This document shows, one piece after another, positions 1-9,807 of a stretch of DNA of 64,000 nt. Each line of letters begins with the position of its first letter. Within the stretch, counting starts at the first letter, position 1. The translations under genes were made by a program, and so were the position numbers. Source of the DNA: a virus. The stretch lies in IMG/VR virus record IMGVR_UViG_3300046779_000684, positions 44,715 to 108,714 of that record. The stretch is one strand, 5' to 3'. The notes under the pieces are model-generated. The model saw nothing but the letters and a program-made list of their open reading frames with translations, had not been told where the DNA came from and ran no database searches.

Positions 1-3000
1 GAGCCAACTCTGGGCTAGTAACTAATTCAGAAGGTAGGATAGGCTTAACAGAGTACTTGTGGAATACAGGGATACTTTCACCAGATTCTATAGCTGCGTG
101 ACCTGCATACTGAAGTTTCTTAATGTTAAATGCATAGTAAGGACCTTCGTTCAATACTTTGTCTAACTCTTCTTGATTATCTACACCAGATTGTTTCTGA
201 AGAAGCAGAGCATAGATTCTATCCTGTCTATCAAACTCTTTACGCATTGCCTCGCTAACACCTGTAGACAACTTGTAGAAACGTTTGTAGAAGTCCATGG
301 TACAGAACGCAGCTGCATCGTGACGCTTAGAATCCTTATCATTGTAGTACTGTCTTAAGGTAACTTTCTTACCGTTCTTAGTGCCGCCTACTTTCTTGTA
401 AGCATCACTGTTGTTAGCCGTATCAGAAGAAACAGCAGTATCCTTGAGGACTATGTAAGAAATCTTAGACAAGTCTCTGCTCATACCAGTAGCAACATCC
501 ACAGGGGCATTGCTCTTTGAGTTATGATGTAAGAAAGCATCACGTTGTGTGTATGCGTCCTTAACAGACTCTAAGTTTTGTTGATCTATTACTGCATAAC
601 TACCGTAAGCATTCCAAGCACTGATACGCTTTTCAATCTCTTTGGCATTCTTATAGTAGTAAGGGTGGCCATAGAATAATTTGTGTTGTTCTACACGAGA
701 GATAAAGCTTAGTACGTGATATTTTGCCAAGTCTTCAAAAGGAACAGAGTATACGCCTTGGAAAAAATTATTACTTGCCTGAATGTTGTCGTAGATATAC
801 TTACTGAATTGCTTGATTACTTCATTCTTTAAGTCAGTAGGTAACTTGTCATAGACTAAAGTGTAGTTAGCTAAATTCGGTTCTTCCTTTAAACTAGCAA
901 ACAACTGAGCACGAGTAGCTGGGTCAAGAATCTTCTGGAAATAAGATAAGATAGGGGTAGTTTCATTCTCCATTACAGGTACCCGGAACTTACTAGAAGG
1001 ATTCAAGGTTGTGTAGATCTCACCGAAGAGTATTGGCAAAATACTATTTGCAAATACTGCATCTGGAATCACCAAACTATTGTTGTAGGTAAAAGCAGAC
1101 TTCATCCCTAACTCATAGCGGAATCTGTCATCAAATACTAAACCACGTGTAGTGCTCTTACCTGAGAAACGGTTAACCTCTTCAACACCAGAAGCTAGTA
1201 AGCCCATAACATCTGTGTAGTGTTTTACAGGGGTTACAACGTCAATGGTCTTCTCTCCATCAAAACCTTCTTTAACACCCAACAAGTTAGCGATATCAAG
1301 AGTTCTGGTAGAGTTATCAGGATTCAATCTTCTGTTACCAGCTGGATTAAACATGTACTTAATCACAGCAGAGAAAGAAGCAGAAGGGTTCTTAACAGGA
1401 TCTAACTGAGGCAACTCTCTGTATACATCATTTAAGGTAGGATACAAGATAGAGTCATTCATGATAGAAAGAACTCTTGTCATGTAGGTATGAGGGTTTA
1501 CAGACCATACTTTCTTACCCAAGGCATTGTATTGCATGTCATTCACATACTCTACGTTAGCTTGTACTTCGAACTGGATAAGTTCTAGCAAAGCAGTCTG
1601 CTCAGAGAAAACAACTTCGTCTTCAGAGTTAGTATGTTCGGCAGAAATACTAGCCAATGGAGTAAAGATGTATCGTTGTGTTTCACTTAGAGATATAATC
1701 TTCTTATGGATACGTTCTACCTGTCTACGGAAATCCTTAACAGGCATAGTAAACAAAGCCTCTTTACCAAACTCACTGAAGTTAAACCCTAGTGGAGTAA
1801 GCATAGCATACAAAGACTCTTGGTAGTTAAGCTTAGCTTCTTCTGTAGTAAAGATAGGCTCGTCTGGTACAGTTGGGTAATCCTCAAAGTACTTATCTAC
1901 GTTCAGATAATAACTACCGGTTTCTCCATCAATACTCTTATAGAATCCATCGGTAACATAGAAGTCATTATCCCAGGCACGACGCAAGTTTTTAGAGTCT
2001 AGTGACTGTGCTTTGTAGATAGCGTGGGTTACTTTAGTTTGACCATCCTTTTCAGTAGTGGTTGTGATTTCATTTGTATACCCATCTATGTATGGCATAG
2101 AGAAGGTATTGAAGAAAGCGTTCTTAAAGTTTAGCGTACTCTGCTTTACATCAGTCTCAGAAGGATTAGGGAGGTAAGAAAGGAGTTGACGGAACTGACC
2201 ATAACGAGTAGTCAAGTCTTGAATCCTTCTGTACATATCTGCGTAACTGTTAGTACCAGATAAAGTCCTCTGTAAGATGTTCCAGTTAGTATCAAAGTCA
2301 CCAATCTTGTTTACTCCAAACACTTTGTCCTTTACAGGGAGGTTGTTTTTATACTGAGGCAAACTCTTGATGGCGGTGATAATCAATGGGGCTGCTTTAA
2401 GTTTTTGAGACTGCTCGTTAACTGCATTCTCAAATTGACCAAATGCAGGCATGTCATCCATCAACGTAGCATCTACTACTTCCTCGTTAAGTGCTTGTTT
2501 AACTTTATCTGAGAACAAGGTAGAAGCTGTCTTATGGAATAAGAACAATGTCTGACGATTACCTACCAACATATCAAGATACTCTTTACGGGCAACTCGT
2601 AGTGGTGTTGGGTTCTCTGCAACCAATTGATTGTATTTAGCTTGGGCTAATTGTAGAGCACCATCTACTGCTTTGTACGTACGAACTATATAAGCCTTGT
2701 TGTCAAGTACGTTAACCACAGAACCATTAAGTTGAGAAACCAAACGGTTAGCCATGCTAACAAAAAGAGAATCAAACTGGTTTAGAATCTCATCACCCTC
2801 TTTGAAGCTAAATGCTTTCTTAGTTCCATCAGCTAGGTTGACTACAAGTTTGCTACTGTTAAGTTCCTTGAAGTAGGCTTGGTCTTCGTTACGAGTGTAG
2901 CTACTGATTTGACCTTTGTACAACTGACCAAAGTAAAAGTCAACTGTTTTCTTATCAGAAACAAAGTTGGTAATGAAGTCCCAGATTTTCTGGAACACAC

Positions 3001-6000
3001 TCTTAGCTTCTTTGTTGGCTTTGATTCCTTCAGGGAATACCTTACCATTAGATAAAGCAAATTGTCTGAAGTCTTCTGCAAGTTTTTCTTCAAGTTCTAC
3101 TAGGCTTAGATCTCCGTAGATTTTTCTAGCCTGTGCATACAAAGAATCTTTCTGTTCTTTAGTCAGGTAGTACTGGGAGAATTCATGCCACGCTTCGTGA
3201 TAACCTTCTGCATAGTTTGCTCCTTCAAATAAGAACACACCGGCCTTAGACCAAACTGCATAAGCAGTAGGGTGTGCTATAGTTTTGTCAAAGATAAATC
3301 TAGTGCCTTTGAAGATAGGACTGTTCTCTACCCAAACTTGAGCAGCATTGTTCTCTTGTTCAGAGATAGCGTTTTGCAAAAGCAAAGAACGTTCTAGTAC
3401 TTCGTCAGGTGCAATATCACCGAAGATAGAGTCGTAGTCGATGTCGTCATCTAAATCCTCAATCTCATCAATAGTAGAAGTAGTATCTGCAGTTGGATGC
3501 GTAGTTACCTCGACACCTGCTTGTTCTGGAAGAAGCGTGTCCTCTGTATGAACAGTGTACTCACTATCTAAAGCAAAGGTTTGGTTTATAGTCATACTAA
3601 CTTTGGCACCGAACTCATCGCTTTTAAGCATACCTTGGTAACTACTAAAAGGTATTACAGCTAACTGGTTTCCCATCATCTTGATCAAAGAGAATGGACC
3701 ATCTAAATCTAGGTTATCTTTGTTTACGTTGTAGCGGATATTAGTAAAAGCTTCTGCTACTCGTTTTGCTTGAACTTCTGGCTTACCTGTAATGTGCTGA
3801 TACTTACCTGCCTTGTTTTTAGCTTTGTATGTAATCTTACCTTTAGAGTTAGTACCTAGAATCAAACCTCCATTATTCTTAGGAGACAGATAAAGTAAAG
3901 CGTTAACATACTCTACAAATGCTTTAGGGTTTTCAGATAATTCAGTAGGCAAACCAGCAGGTAATGTTCCGTTGTTAAATGCATCTACTAAGGTAGATAC
4001 AAATCCATCAGGAGCACTAGGCAAAATTACCGCTTGGAATGGGTAGACAGAGTCATTGTTTTGAATGTATACGCCTCCTTTGAACAAAGTGTATTCTCCA
4101 AAAGCACTCGTAATAACACGATTACTTTCATCTGTGTTCAAAACAATAGTGCCGGGAGTTTTACTTGCATCTACTATGGATTCTTTACCTGACCTAAGCC
4201 CAACTACTTTAGTAAATAGTATCTGTCCAGGAGAACTAGTAATCTTTTCTCTAAGAGCTAATTCTGCAGGAGTATTCTTTTTCAAAGTACTAACTAAAGG
4301 AGAACCTTCGCTAGATACTACACCTGCTTGATTAAACTTAAGAATCTGTTTATCGCTGTCTACAAGTACAGAACCTACACCAGTACCGATTGTTGAAGGA
4401 TTTTTAATAATGTAATTGAGGAATCCTTTGTTATGCATAGGAAGTCCTTCAGTACTAAGAATTTGTCTGATTCTAGCACCGTCTACAGGAGTACCTTTAG
4501 GACTGTTCTTAGCATTAACTAGATACTGATAATCTTCGGCATTTAAAACTAATTTGTAGATGTCCATCATAGAACCTACAAGAACGTTGTAGTCTTGTCC
4601 AACCATACCAGTCTCACGGTATTGGTGAAGAACTCGATAAGCAAAACTTACTGCAGGATCATCCAGTAAAGACTCATCAAATATGTTAGTATCAATTATT
4701 GATAAACTAATCTGATAGTCATTGTCTACCTGTACCTGGAAGGTTTTTTGAGCAGCATCTATAACCTCATCGTAGGGATTCTCTATTTCTTGGTCTGTGC
4801 TGACATCAGTAGTTTCCTCCGAAAAAAGTCCGCTAATGTCTTCGTAGGTGTTGAGGGGGTAGATTGTGTTGGTTGCGTCTTCATAAAATTCATCTAAATA
4901 TTGTAAGTATTGTGGGTCTAAAGCATTTCTAAATGCTGGAGTTTCAAGTACATCTCCAATCATTCCAAGCATGATTGGGTCATAGAAGTTAAGTGCTGAG
5001 TCAGTAGAAGGAATAAGTTCTTCAAACATAGTACCTCTGTTACGCTCACGCATCACTTCTACTAGATCATTACGTAACTCAAAAGGTAAGTTGTTCAAGT
5101 CAATAGTTGCATTTGATACAGGGTCTACTGTAAAGCGAGCTGTGTATGCAGAAACTAACTGACGTACTACGTCATCACTAATAGATACACCGAAGCCATC
5201 AATAACCTCATTCTTAATTATTCTATCAGCAACAGCTTTTCCTACTCTTGATACATATTTCTGAGTCTTATGGCGTTGCAAGAAATCAACGATGTCGTCA
5301 ATAGTTAATCCTGCTGAATCCAAAAGTTCTGTATCACTAGCCAAGTCTTCCAAAGACATAACTGATAAACCGTTTTCTTTTCTCTTATTAGATGTATAAG
5401 GAGAGAAGTTAAACGCAGTGGGTCTATCTGCAGATGCTAGCATATCCAAAGAGGCTTTGTTCAAATACACTCCACCTATCTGGCCTAAGAACTGGTCAAT
5501 CAAGAAATCAATTTGAGAATCCTCGCTAGCATATCGAATGCTTTCTGATTCAGTCAAGGCATACCTAAAGTCATGCGAATCAAACAACTGACCAGAGGTA
5601 ATCAATTGACTAACGATTGTGTCTACTACCTTACCACGTTTAAGTGACTTACCCGTGTTAGGATCTACAATACGCAGTTCTTTCTTGTTGTTAGGCTGAG
5701 GAATAATCTGAAACAAGTATGTCTTATTTCCTACTTTTATAGAAGTAAACCCTTGATTCTTCTTCGTGTCAAATGACAAGCGACTTTGAATCTCCTTACG
5801 CTTAGCTCTAACCATCTTACTGTTGATTAAGCGTCTGTCTGGATCTTCAGGGTGTACAGCATTGTCAAATGCTTCTAGTTCTTCTATGCTTTCGATTGCG
5901 TAGAAAGACTGTATGTAATTCTCAACCTTCTGATATGGAGTCAGTGCAACCGTAGCAACTTTTGCCAAGTAGAAGATTTTACTAACCATGGTAGGGGATA

Positions 6001-9000
6001 AACCTAAACCATCTATAGTAGAGATGTCAAAGTTACCCTCAGCTGCTTCTTGGAAAAACTTACTGAACGCCAAGTTTGCAGAAGGATAAAGTGCAGACAA
6101 GGCACTGTACAAATCTTCAAATGTAGTTAATCCAGACAATGCCTGTACAACTGCCACTGAGAATGCTGCCTTCTCTTCTTTCAAAGTAGACTCGTCTAGG
6201 TCAGTATTCTTAAGGATTGCTTCTAAACTATTACGGTACCCGGTAAACTCATCAAATACTATTGGGTTTATAGCGGCCAACCCTCGGAAGTTCTCGTCTC
6301 TCTGAGGAACTGGCGCAGGTTGTCTGCGTCCACCAAAGTCTTGGCGAGCAGGATTCAATGCAGCCTTTTCTCTGATTGCTTTATTTATCTGAGCAATTTT
6401 AGCAGATGGGTCAGTTTCCTGTAAGGTTACTCCGTAGAAGTTAGTAAGAGTTCCTTTTCTCTTTTTCTCTAGTTCAGTCTCATTACCGGTGTTGGTTTTT
6501 TCAGCTATGTGGGCTTCCAACATACCAGCAAGTACTGCACGTACTGCAGGCGACCACTCAGGGTGAGCATCTTCTTCAATAACACCTTTTGATAACTCAT
6601 CTTCAGTAAGTTCTGCCAAAGCCATGTCAAACTCTTGCTCTCTCTTAACATCTGGGATGTTAAGGTTCATAGCACCTTGTTCAATAGCTTGTAGTTCTGT
6701 AAGTGTAGATCTGTTAGCCAACTCAGTACGAATCAACTGAGCAAGTTCAGGGGCAGCAAATAAAGGTTGAGGGCCGGGAAGATTTGTTAATTCTGCATTC
6801 TGTTGTGTTTGTGCAAGCGGAGAGAATGGTACCTCCATATTTGCTTGTTCCAACTTGTCAAGAGCAGGTGCAAAAACTTCTGCCATAGTAAGAAGCTCAC
6901 GTACTGTGAGATTCTCTGGGTTATTCAGAAGAGTGTCTTTGAAGTTAGCAACACGTCTAGCTAAGGTGTTTACTAAAGCACTTTGGTAACGGTCATTCAA
7001 GTCAGCAATGAATTGGAATCTCTCATCCTTCTTACGTCTTTCCAAGTCAGTTGGATCTAGCATAAAGCTAGCGGTAAGTAATTCTGCTATAGTACTATTA
7101 TCGGATTGAGCCTCGGCTACCTTTTCATCGTACCTTTTCTTAATGACAGCACGCTTCTCAAGTTCAGTCATGTTAGAGTACTGGTCAATGATACGCTCGG
7201 TCTTTTGTAACTTGTTAGCCGTATTGTTTACAGAAGCCTCGTAAGACTTTCTATCTTCGTCAGATAGTTCGTCTATGTTTACATTAAGCAACTCTTCTGC
7301 AAACATCTTATCATTAAAGTACTCAACCATAGTGTTGGGGTCATCCAACATAGTATTCAAGTTCTTAATGCTCTTGATAGAAGGTAGCATCTCATTTAAC
7401 TTCTGAGACATACGCTCTACAATTGCTGTCTGCTTAATTGCTTCTTCCGGAGTGTATTCCCCAGACTCTTTTTTCTGTGAGATTAACTTCTTATAAATTT
7501 CAGGATTATTGGCTACGTTCCAACGTGCAGTATTTGCTCGTTCATGTGCTAAAGCACTTGTACTCCAGTCAGTCACATACTTAACAGTACCATCACTATT
7601 ACGGATAGTGTTACCATCAGAGTCTTTGGCTTCCTTCATACTACGACGACCAAACGCTGTTCCTCCGCCTATAATAGCGGATGGACCTAGGGAGGTAACA
7701 AAGGTTTCCCAAACAGAACCCCAGGTAAGTTCGTTGTTTTGCTCGTACTCAAAGTTTTGAGTAGCAGCATACTTATCAATAAAATAGTTAGCAACCAAAG
7801 AACCTACTTCTTCTATAGACTCTTGAGTACCTGCAGATAGAGTTTTACGTAAGCCAGGAGCAAGCAATGCAGCCATTACCTTACGATCTACCATACCCTT
7901 AGGAAGCATGCTTAACATTAAATCAGTCTGAGCAGTAAGTTTGGTATTTAATTTACCTAAAGAACCACCTGTAAGATTGTCTACTTTACCTCCTACATAA
8001 CCGGCACCACGCTTGAAAGCATTGTCAAGCAATCCGACACTTCCTCTAGAACCTAAAAACAAATCTGTATCAGGTAAAATAGATTCAGTCAAACCTTCTG
8101 CAGCAGCTCTTAAGAATGCAGTACCTGCCGCCCCACCTTCTTTAAAGTTACGTTTTTCTTCTGCATAGAATCTAGGGAAAGTACTGGCAGTAACAGAACC
8201 AAAAGTAGACACGTAAGGTCTTACCGCATTCATCCCTTCTGCAGTCAACCCTACAGTTTTTCCAATGTTGGACCAACGCAAAGCACCCATAGGTGCAAGT
8301 CTAGCAAGACCACCTGTAAGACCACCTGTAGCTCTACTTACCAAAGTAGTAACTGCTATGTCTGTAACAATAGGTAATACTTGTTCAAAAATAGCTTCAC
8401 CACTCCAATGTCTCTCACCACTAGCATCAGTATAAACAGGCATATCATGAGTGACAATGTTACCATTAACGTCTCGTGTTAATTCACTCTCATCAATCTG
8501 ATTGTTCTTGTTAAGGTCTTTACCCATACGGTAACTCAGTGGAGCTAGGCGATCCGCAGCTAATCCTGTAAAGAAAGCAGACTTTTCAAAACCTGTAAGA
8601 GACTGTAGACCAGACCAAGTTCTAGCAAGGTTGGCACCTACCATTTCAGCGGTACGACTGAAGAACTCGCCCGGATCACTGTTCTCCCCAAAGATTACAG
8701 TTTCATTAGGGTCTACTTCGTTTTTGTAGTACTCCCTACGCTTAAGATTTTGTTTCTCTTCGTAAAGGTCTTTATAGTTTGCTTTGAGGTAATTATCCTC
8801 GTTAGCAAAAAGACTCATCTGCTTACTAAGGTTATCTATGTTAACAGCAGCTTGTTGTACCTGTACCCTTTGATTGATTAATGCTTGTCTCTGTTCATCA
8901 GTAGTTGCTCGTTTAATCTCATTATTCAATCCGTTAAGTTTCTGAGATAACTCACCGCTCTTATCACGGAGTACATCAGATACAGCACGATTGTATTGAG

Positions 9001-9796
9001 TCTCTAATCCAGCTACAAGTGCACGACTACCTGCAGTGCTGCGTAACTCTTGGTCAGAGGTACTACGGAATATCTGTAAGTCAGCGTTGTTGTAAAGTTT
9101 AGAACCAATGTTCAATCCATCAAAACCAGCAACTATGTCTAGGATTTCTTTGTCAGTAGTTTTCTGACTCTTAAGTCCTTTGGGTGTTACATTCTTTGGG
9201 AGTGCACTACCTTCAGACATCCACTTGTTTACGTTGTCTTGGGCATACTTATACATAGCAACACTCTTACCGTAGTTTACTAGGTCTTGATAAGACTTAG
9301 TAAATCCAGCACGATCATCGTTACTAAGATTACGGTTAGCCGCACTATAACTACTACGCAAGTCATTGATTGCTTTGTAAATTTCACTAGGTGTACCATT
9401 CTGGATTTTATCCTTGTAAATAGTTGCAGCCCTAACAATGTCAGGGTCTTTGGTAAAGTCAGCCAGATCTTTTTTCTTCTTAAGAACAGATTCTGGTGTA
9501 CCACCTAAGCCACCCATGTTATCCAACTCAGCACCAGCAGTAATTAAATCACCAAAAGATGGGGCAGGGGCTACATCAATAGCAGCCTTAGTAGCCAAGA
9601 TATCCGTAATACCTTTACTAACTGACTGTTCTAGTTTAGCTTTATCAGCCTCAAACTTTTGTATCTGATCTACGGCATCGACAAACTGGGTTGCACGGAT
9701 ACCTGAGTCAGCAGTATCAATAATGTCTTGGGCCTTTTTAAATTCAGGTGTGTTAAGTGGTTTACCTGGAATAATTTTATATGGATCGTTTGGCAT
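1..9796 (-). CDS. Giant virion cargo/ejection protein (>3,265 aa, 3' end outside the window) with a zincin HExxH domain; occupies the position of the crAss-like giant vRNAP-associated proteins
   Basis: ATG at 9796 (MPNDPYKIIPGKPLNTPEF...). The track has no ORF fragment in this frame, and spot translations at 2-60, 2642-2700 and 3050-3350 are open. HEAWH at 3185-3199 is followed by EEKLAEDF. Gly/Ala-rich hydrophobic stretches at about 7650-8400. Confidence 0.9.
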   Translation of the reverse strand, partial: MPNDPYKIIPGKPLNTPEFKKAQDIIDTADSGIRATQFVDAVDQIQKFEADKAKLEQSVSKGITDILATKAAIDVAPAPSFGDLITAGAELDNMGGLGGTPESVLKKKKDLADFTKDPDIVRAATIYKDKIQNGTPSEIYKAINDLRSSYSAANRNLSNDDRAGFTKSYQDLVNYGKSVAMYKYAQDNVNKWMSEGSALPKNVTPKGLKSQKTTDKEILDIVAGFDGLNIGSKLYNNADLQIFRSTSDQELRSTAGSRALVAGLETQYNRAVSDVLRDKSGELSQKLNGLNNEIKRATTDEQRQALINQRVQVQQAAVNIDNLSKQMSLFANEDNYLKANYKDLYEEKQNLKRREYYKNEVDPNETVIFGENSDPGEFFSRTAEMVGANLARTWSGLQSLTGFEKSAFFTGLAADRLAPLSYRMGKDLNKNNQIDESELTRDVNGNIVTHDMPVYTDASGERHWSGEAIFEQVLPIVTDIAVTTLVSRATGGLTGGLARLAPMGALRWSNIGKTVGLTAEGMNAVRPYVSTFGSVTASTFPRFYAEEKRNFKEGGAAGTAFLRAAAEGLTESILPDTDLFLGSRGSVGLLDNAFKRGAGYVGGKVDNLTGGSLGKLNTKLTAQTDLMLSMLPKGMVDRKVMAALLAPGLRKTLSAGTQESIEEVGSLVANYFIDKYAATQNFEYEQNNELTWGSVWETFVTSLGPSAIIGGGTAFGRRSMKEAKDSDGNTIRNSDGTVKYVTDWSTSALAHERANTARWNVANNPEIYKKLISQKKESGEYTPEEAIKQTAIVERMSQKLNEMLPSIKSIKNLNTMLDDPNTMVEYFNDKMFAEELLNVNIDELSDEDRKSYEASVNNTANKLQKTERIIDQYSNMTELEKRAVIKKRYDEKVAEAQSDNSTIAELLTASFMLDPTDLERRKKDERFQFIADLNDRYQSALVNTLARRVANFKDTLLNNPENLTVRELLTMAEVFAPALDKLEQANMEVPFSPLAQTQQNAELTNLPGPQPLFAAPELAQLIRTELANRSTLTELQAIEQGAMNLNIPDVKREQEFDMALAELTEDELSKGVIEEDAHPEWSPAVRAVLAGMLEAHIAEKTNTGNETELEKKRKGTLTNFYGVTLQETDPSAKIAQINKAIREKAALNPARQDFGGRRQPAPVPQRDENFRGLAAINPIVFDEFTGYRNSLEAILKNTDLDESTLKEEKAAFSVAVVQALSGLTTFEDLYSALSALYPSANLAFSKFFQEAAEGNFDISTIDGLGLSPTMVSKIFYLAKVATVALTPYQKVENYIQSFYAIESIEELEAFDNAVHPEDPDRRLINSKMVRAKRKEIQSRLSFDTKKNQGFTSIKVGNKTYLFQIIPQPNNKKELRIVDPNTGKSLKRGKVVDTIVSQLITSGQLFDSHDFRYALTESESIRYASEDSQIDFLIDQFLGQIGGVYLNKASLDMLASADRPTAFNFSPYTSNKRKENGLSVMSLEDLASDTELLDSAGLTIDDIVDFLQRHKTQKYVSRVGKAVADRIIKNEVIDGFGVSISDDVVRQLVSAYTARFTVDPVSNATIDLNNLPFELRNDLVEVMRERNRGTMFEELIPSTDSALNFYDPIMLGMIGDVLETPAFRNALDPQYLQYLDEFYEDATNTIYPLNTYEDISGLFSEETTDVSTDQEIENPYDEVIDAAQKTFQVQVDNDYQISLSIIDTNIFDESLLDDPAVSFAYRVLHQYRETGMVGQDYNVLVGSMMDIYKLVLNAEDYQYLVNAKNSPKGTPVDGARIRQILSTEGLPMHNKGFLNYIIKNPSTIGTGVGSVLVDSDKQILKFNQAGVVSSEGSPLVSTLKKNTPAELALREKITSSPGQILFTKVVGLRSGKESIVDASKTPGTIVLNTDESNRVITSAFGEYTLFKGGVYIQNNDSVYPFQAVILPSAPDGFVSTLVDAFNNGTLPAGLPTELSENPKAFVEYVNALLYLSPKNNGGLILGTNSKGKITYKAKNKAGKYQHITGKPEVQAKRVAEAFTNIRYNVNKDNLDLDGPFSLIKMMGNQLAVIPFSSYQGMLKSDEFGAKVSMTINQTFALDSEYTVHTEDTLLPEQAGVEVTTHPTADTTSTIDEIEDLDDDIDYDSIFGDIAPDEVLERSLLLQNAISEQENNAAQVWVENSPIFKGTRFIFDKTIAHPTAYAVWSKAGVFLFEGANYAEGYHEAWHEFSQYYLTKEQKDSLYAQARKIYGDLSLVELEEKLAEDFRQFALSNGKVFPEGIKANKEAKSVFQKIWDFITNFVSDKKTVDFYFGQLYKGQISSYTRNEDQAYFKELNSSKLVVNLADGTKKAFSFKEGDEILNQFDSLFVSMANRLVSQLNGSVVNVLDNKAYIVRTYKAVDGALQLAQAKYNQLVAENPTPLRVARKEYLDMLVGNRQTLFLFHKTASTLFSDKVKQALNEEVVDATLMDDMPAFGQFENAVNEQSQKLKAAPLIITAIKSLPQYKNNLPVKDKVFGVNKIGDFDTNWNILQRTLSGTNSYADMYRRIQDLTTRYGQFRQLLSYLPNPSETDVKQSTLNFKNAFFNTFSMPYIDGYTNEITTTTEKDGQTKVTHAIYKAQSLDSKNLRRAWDNDFYVTDGFYKSIDGETGSYYLNVDKYFEDYPTVPDEPIFTTEEAKLNYQESLYAMLTPLGFNFSEFGKEALFTMPVKDFRRQVERIHKKIISLSETQRYIFTPLASISAEHTNSEDEVVFSEQTALLELIQFEVQANVEYVNDMQYNALGKKVWSVNPHTYMTRVLSIMNDSILYPTLNDVYRELPQLDPVKNPSASFSAVIKYMFNPAGNRRLNPDNSTRTLDIANLLGVKEGFDGEKTIDVVTPVKHYTDVMGLLASGVEEVNRFSGKSTTRGLVFDDRFRYELGMKSAFTYNNSLVIPDAVFANSILPILFGEIYTTLNPSSKFRVPVMENETTPILSYFQKILDPATRAQLFASLKEEPNLANYTLVYDKLPTDLKNEVIKQFSKYIYDNIQASNNFFQGVYSVPFEDLAKYHVLSFISRVEQHKLFYGHPYYYKNAKEIEKRISAWNAYGSYAVIDQQNLESVKDAYTQRDAFLHHNSKSNAPVDVATGMSRDLSKISYIVLKDTAVSSDTANNSDAYKKVGGTKNGKKVTLRQYYNDKDSKRHDAAAFCTMDFYKRFYKLSTGVSEAMRKEFDRQDRIYALLLQKQSGVDNQEELDKVLNEGPYYAFNIKKLQYAGHAAIESGESIPVFHKYSVKPILPSELVTSPELA

Positions 9797-9807
9797 TGTT
9801 TTTAACT

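Noticed and set aside
1-9796. Stop-codon recoding (TAG or TGA), known in some crAss-like phages, as the reason for the ORF-poor first 10 kb
   Set aside because: The gap is one open frame running off the window. All other genes are intact under the standard code, and TAA, TGA and TAG are all used as real stops (TAG at 48496 and 63343).
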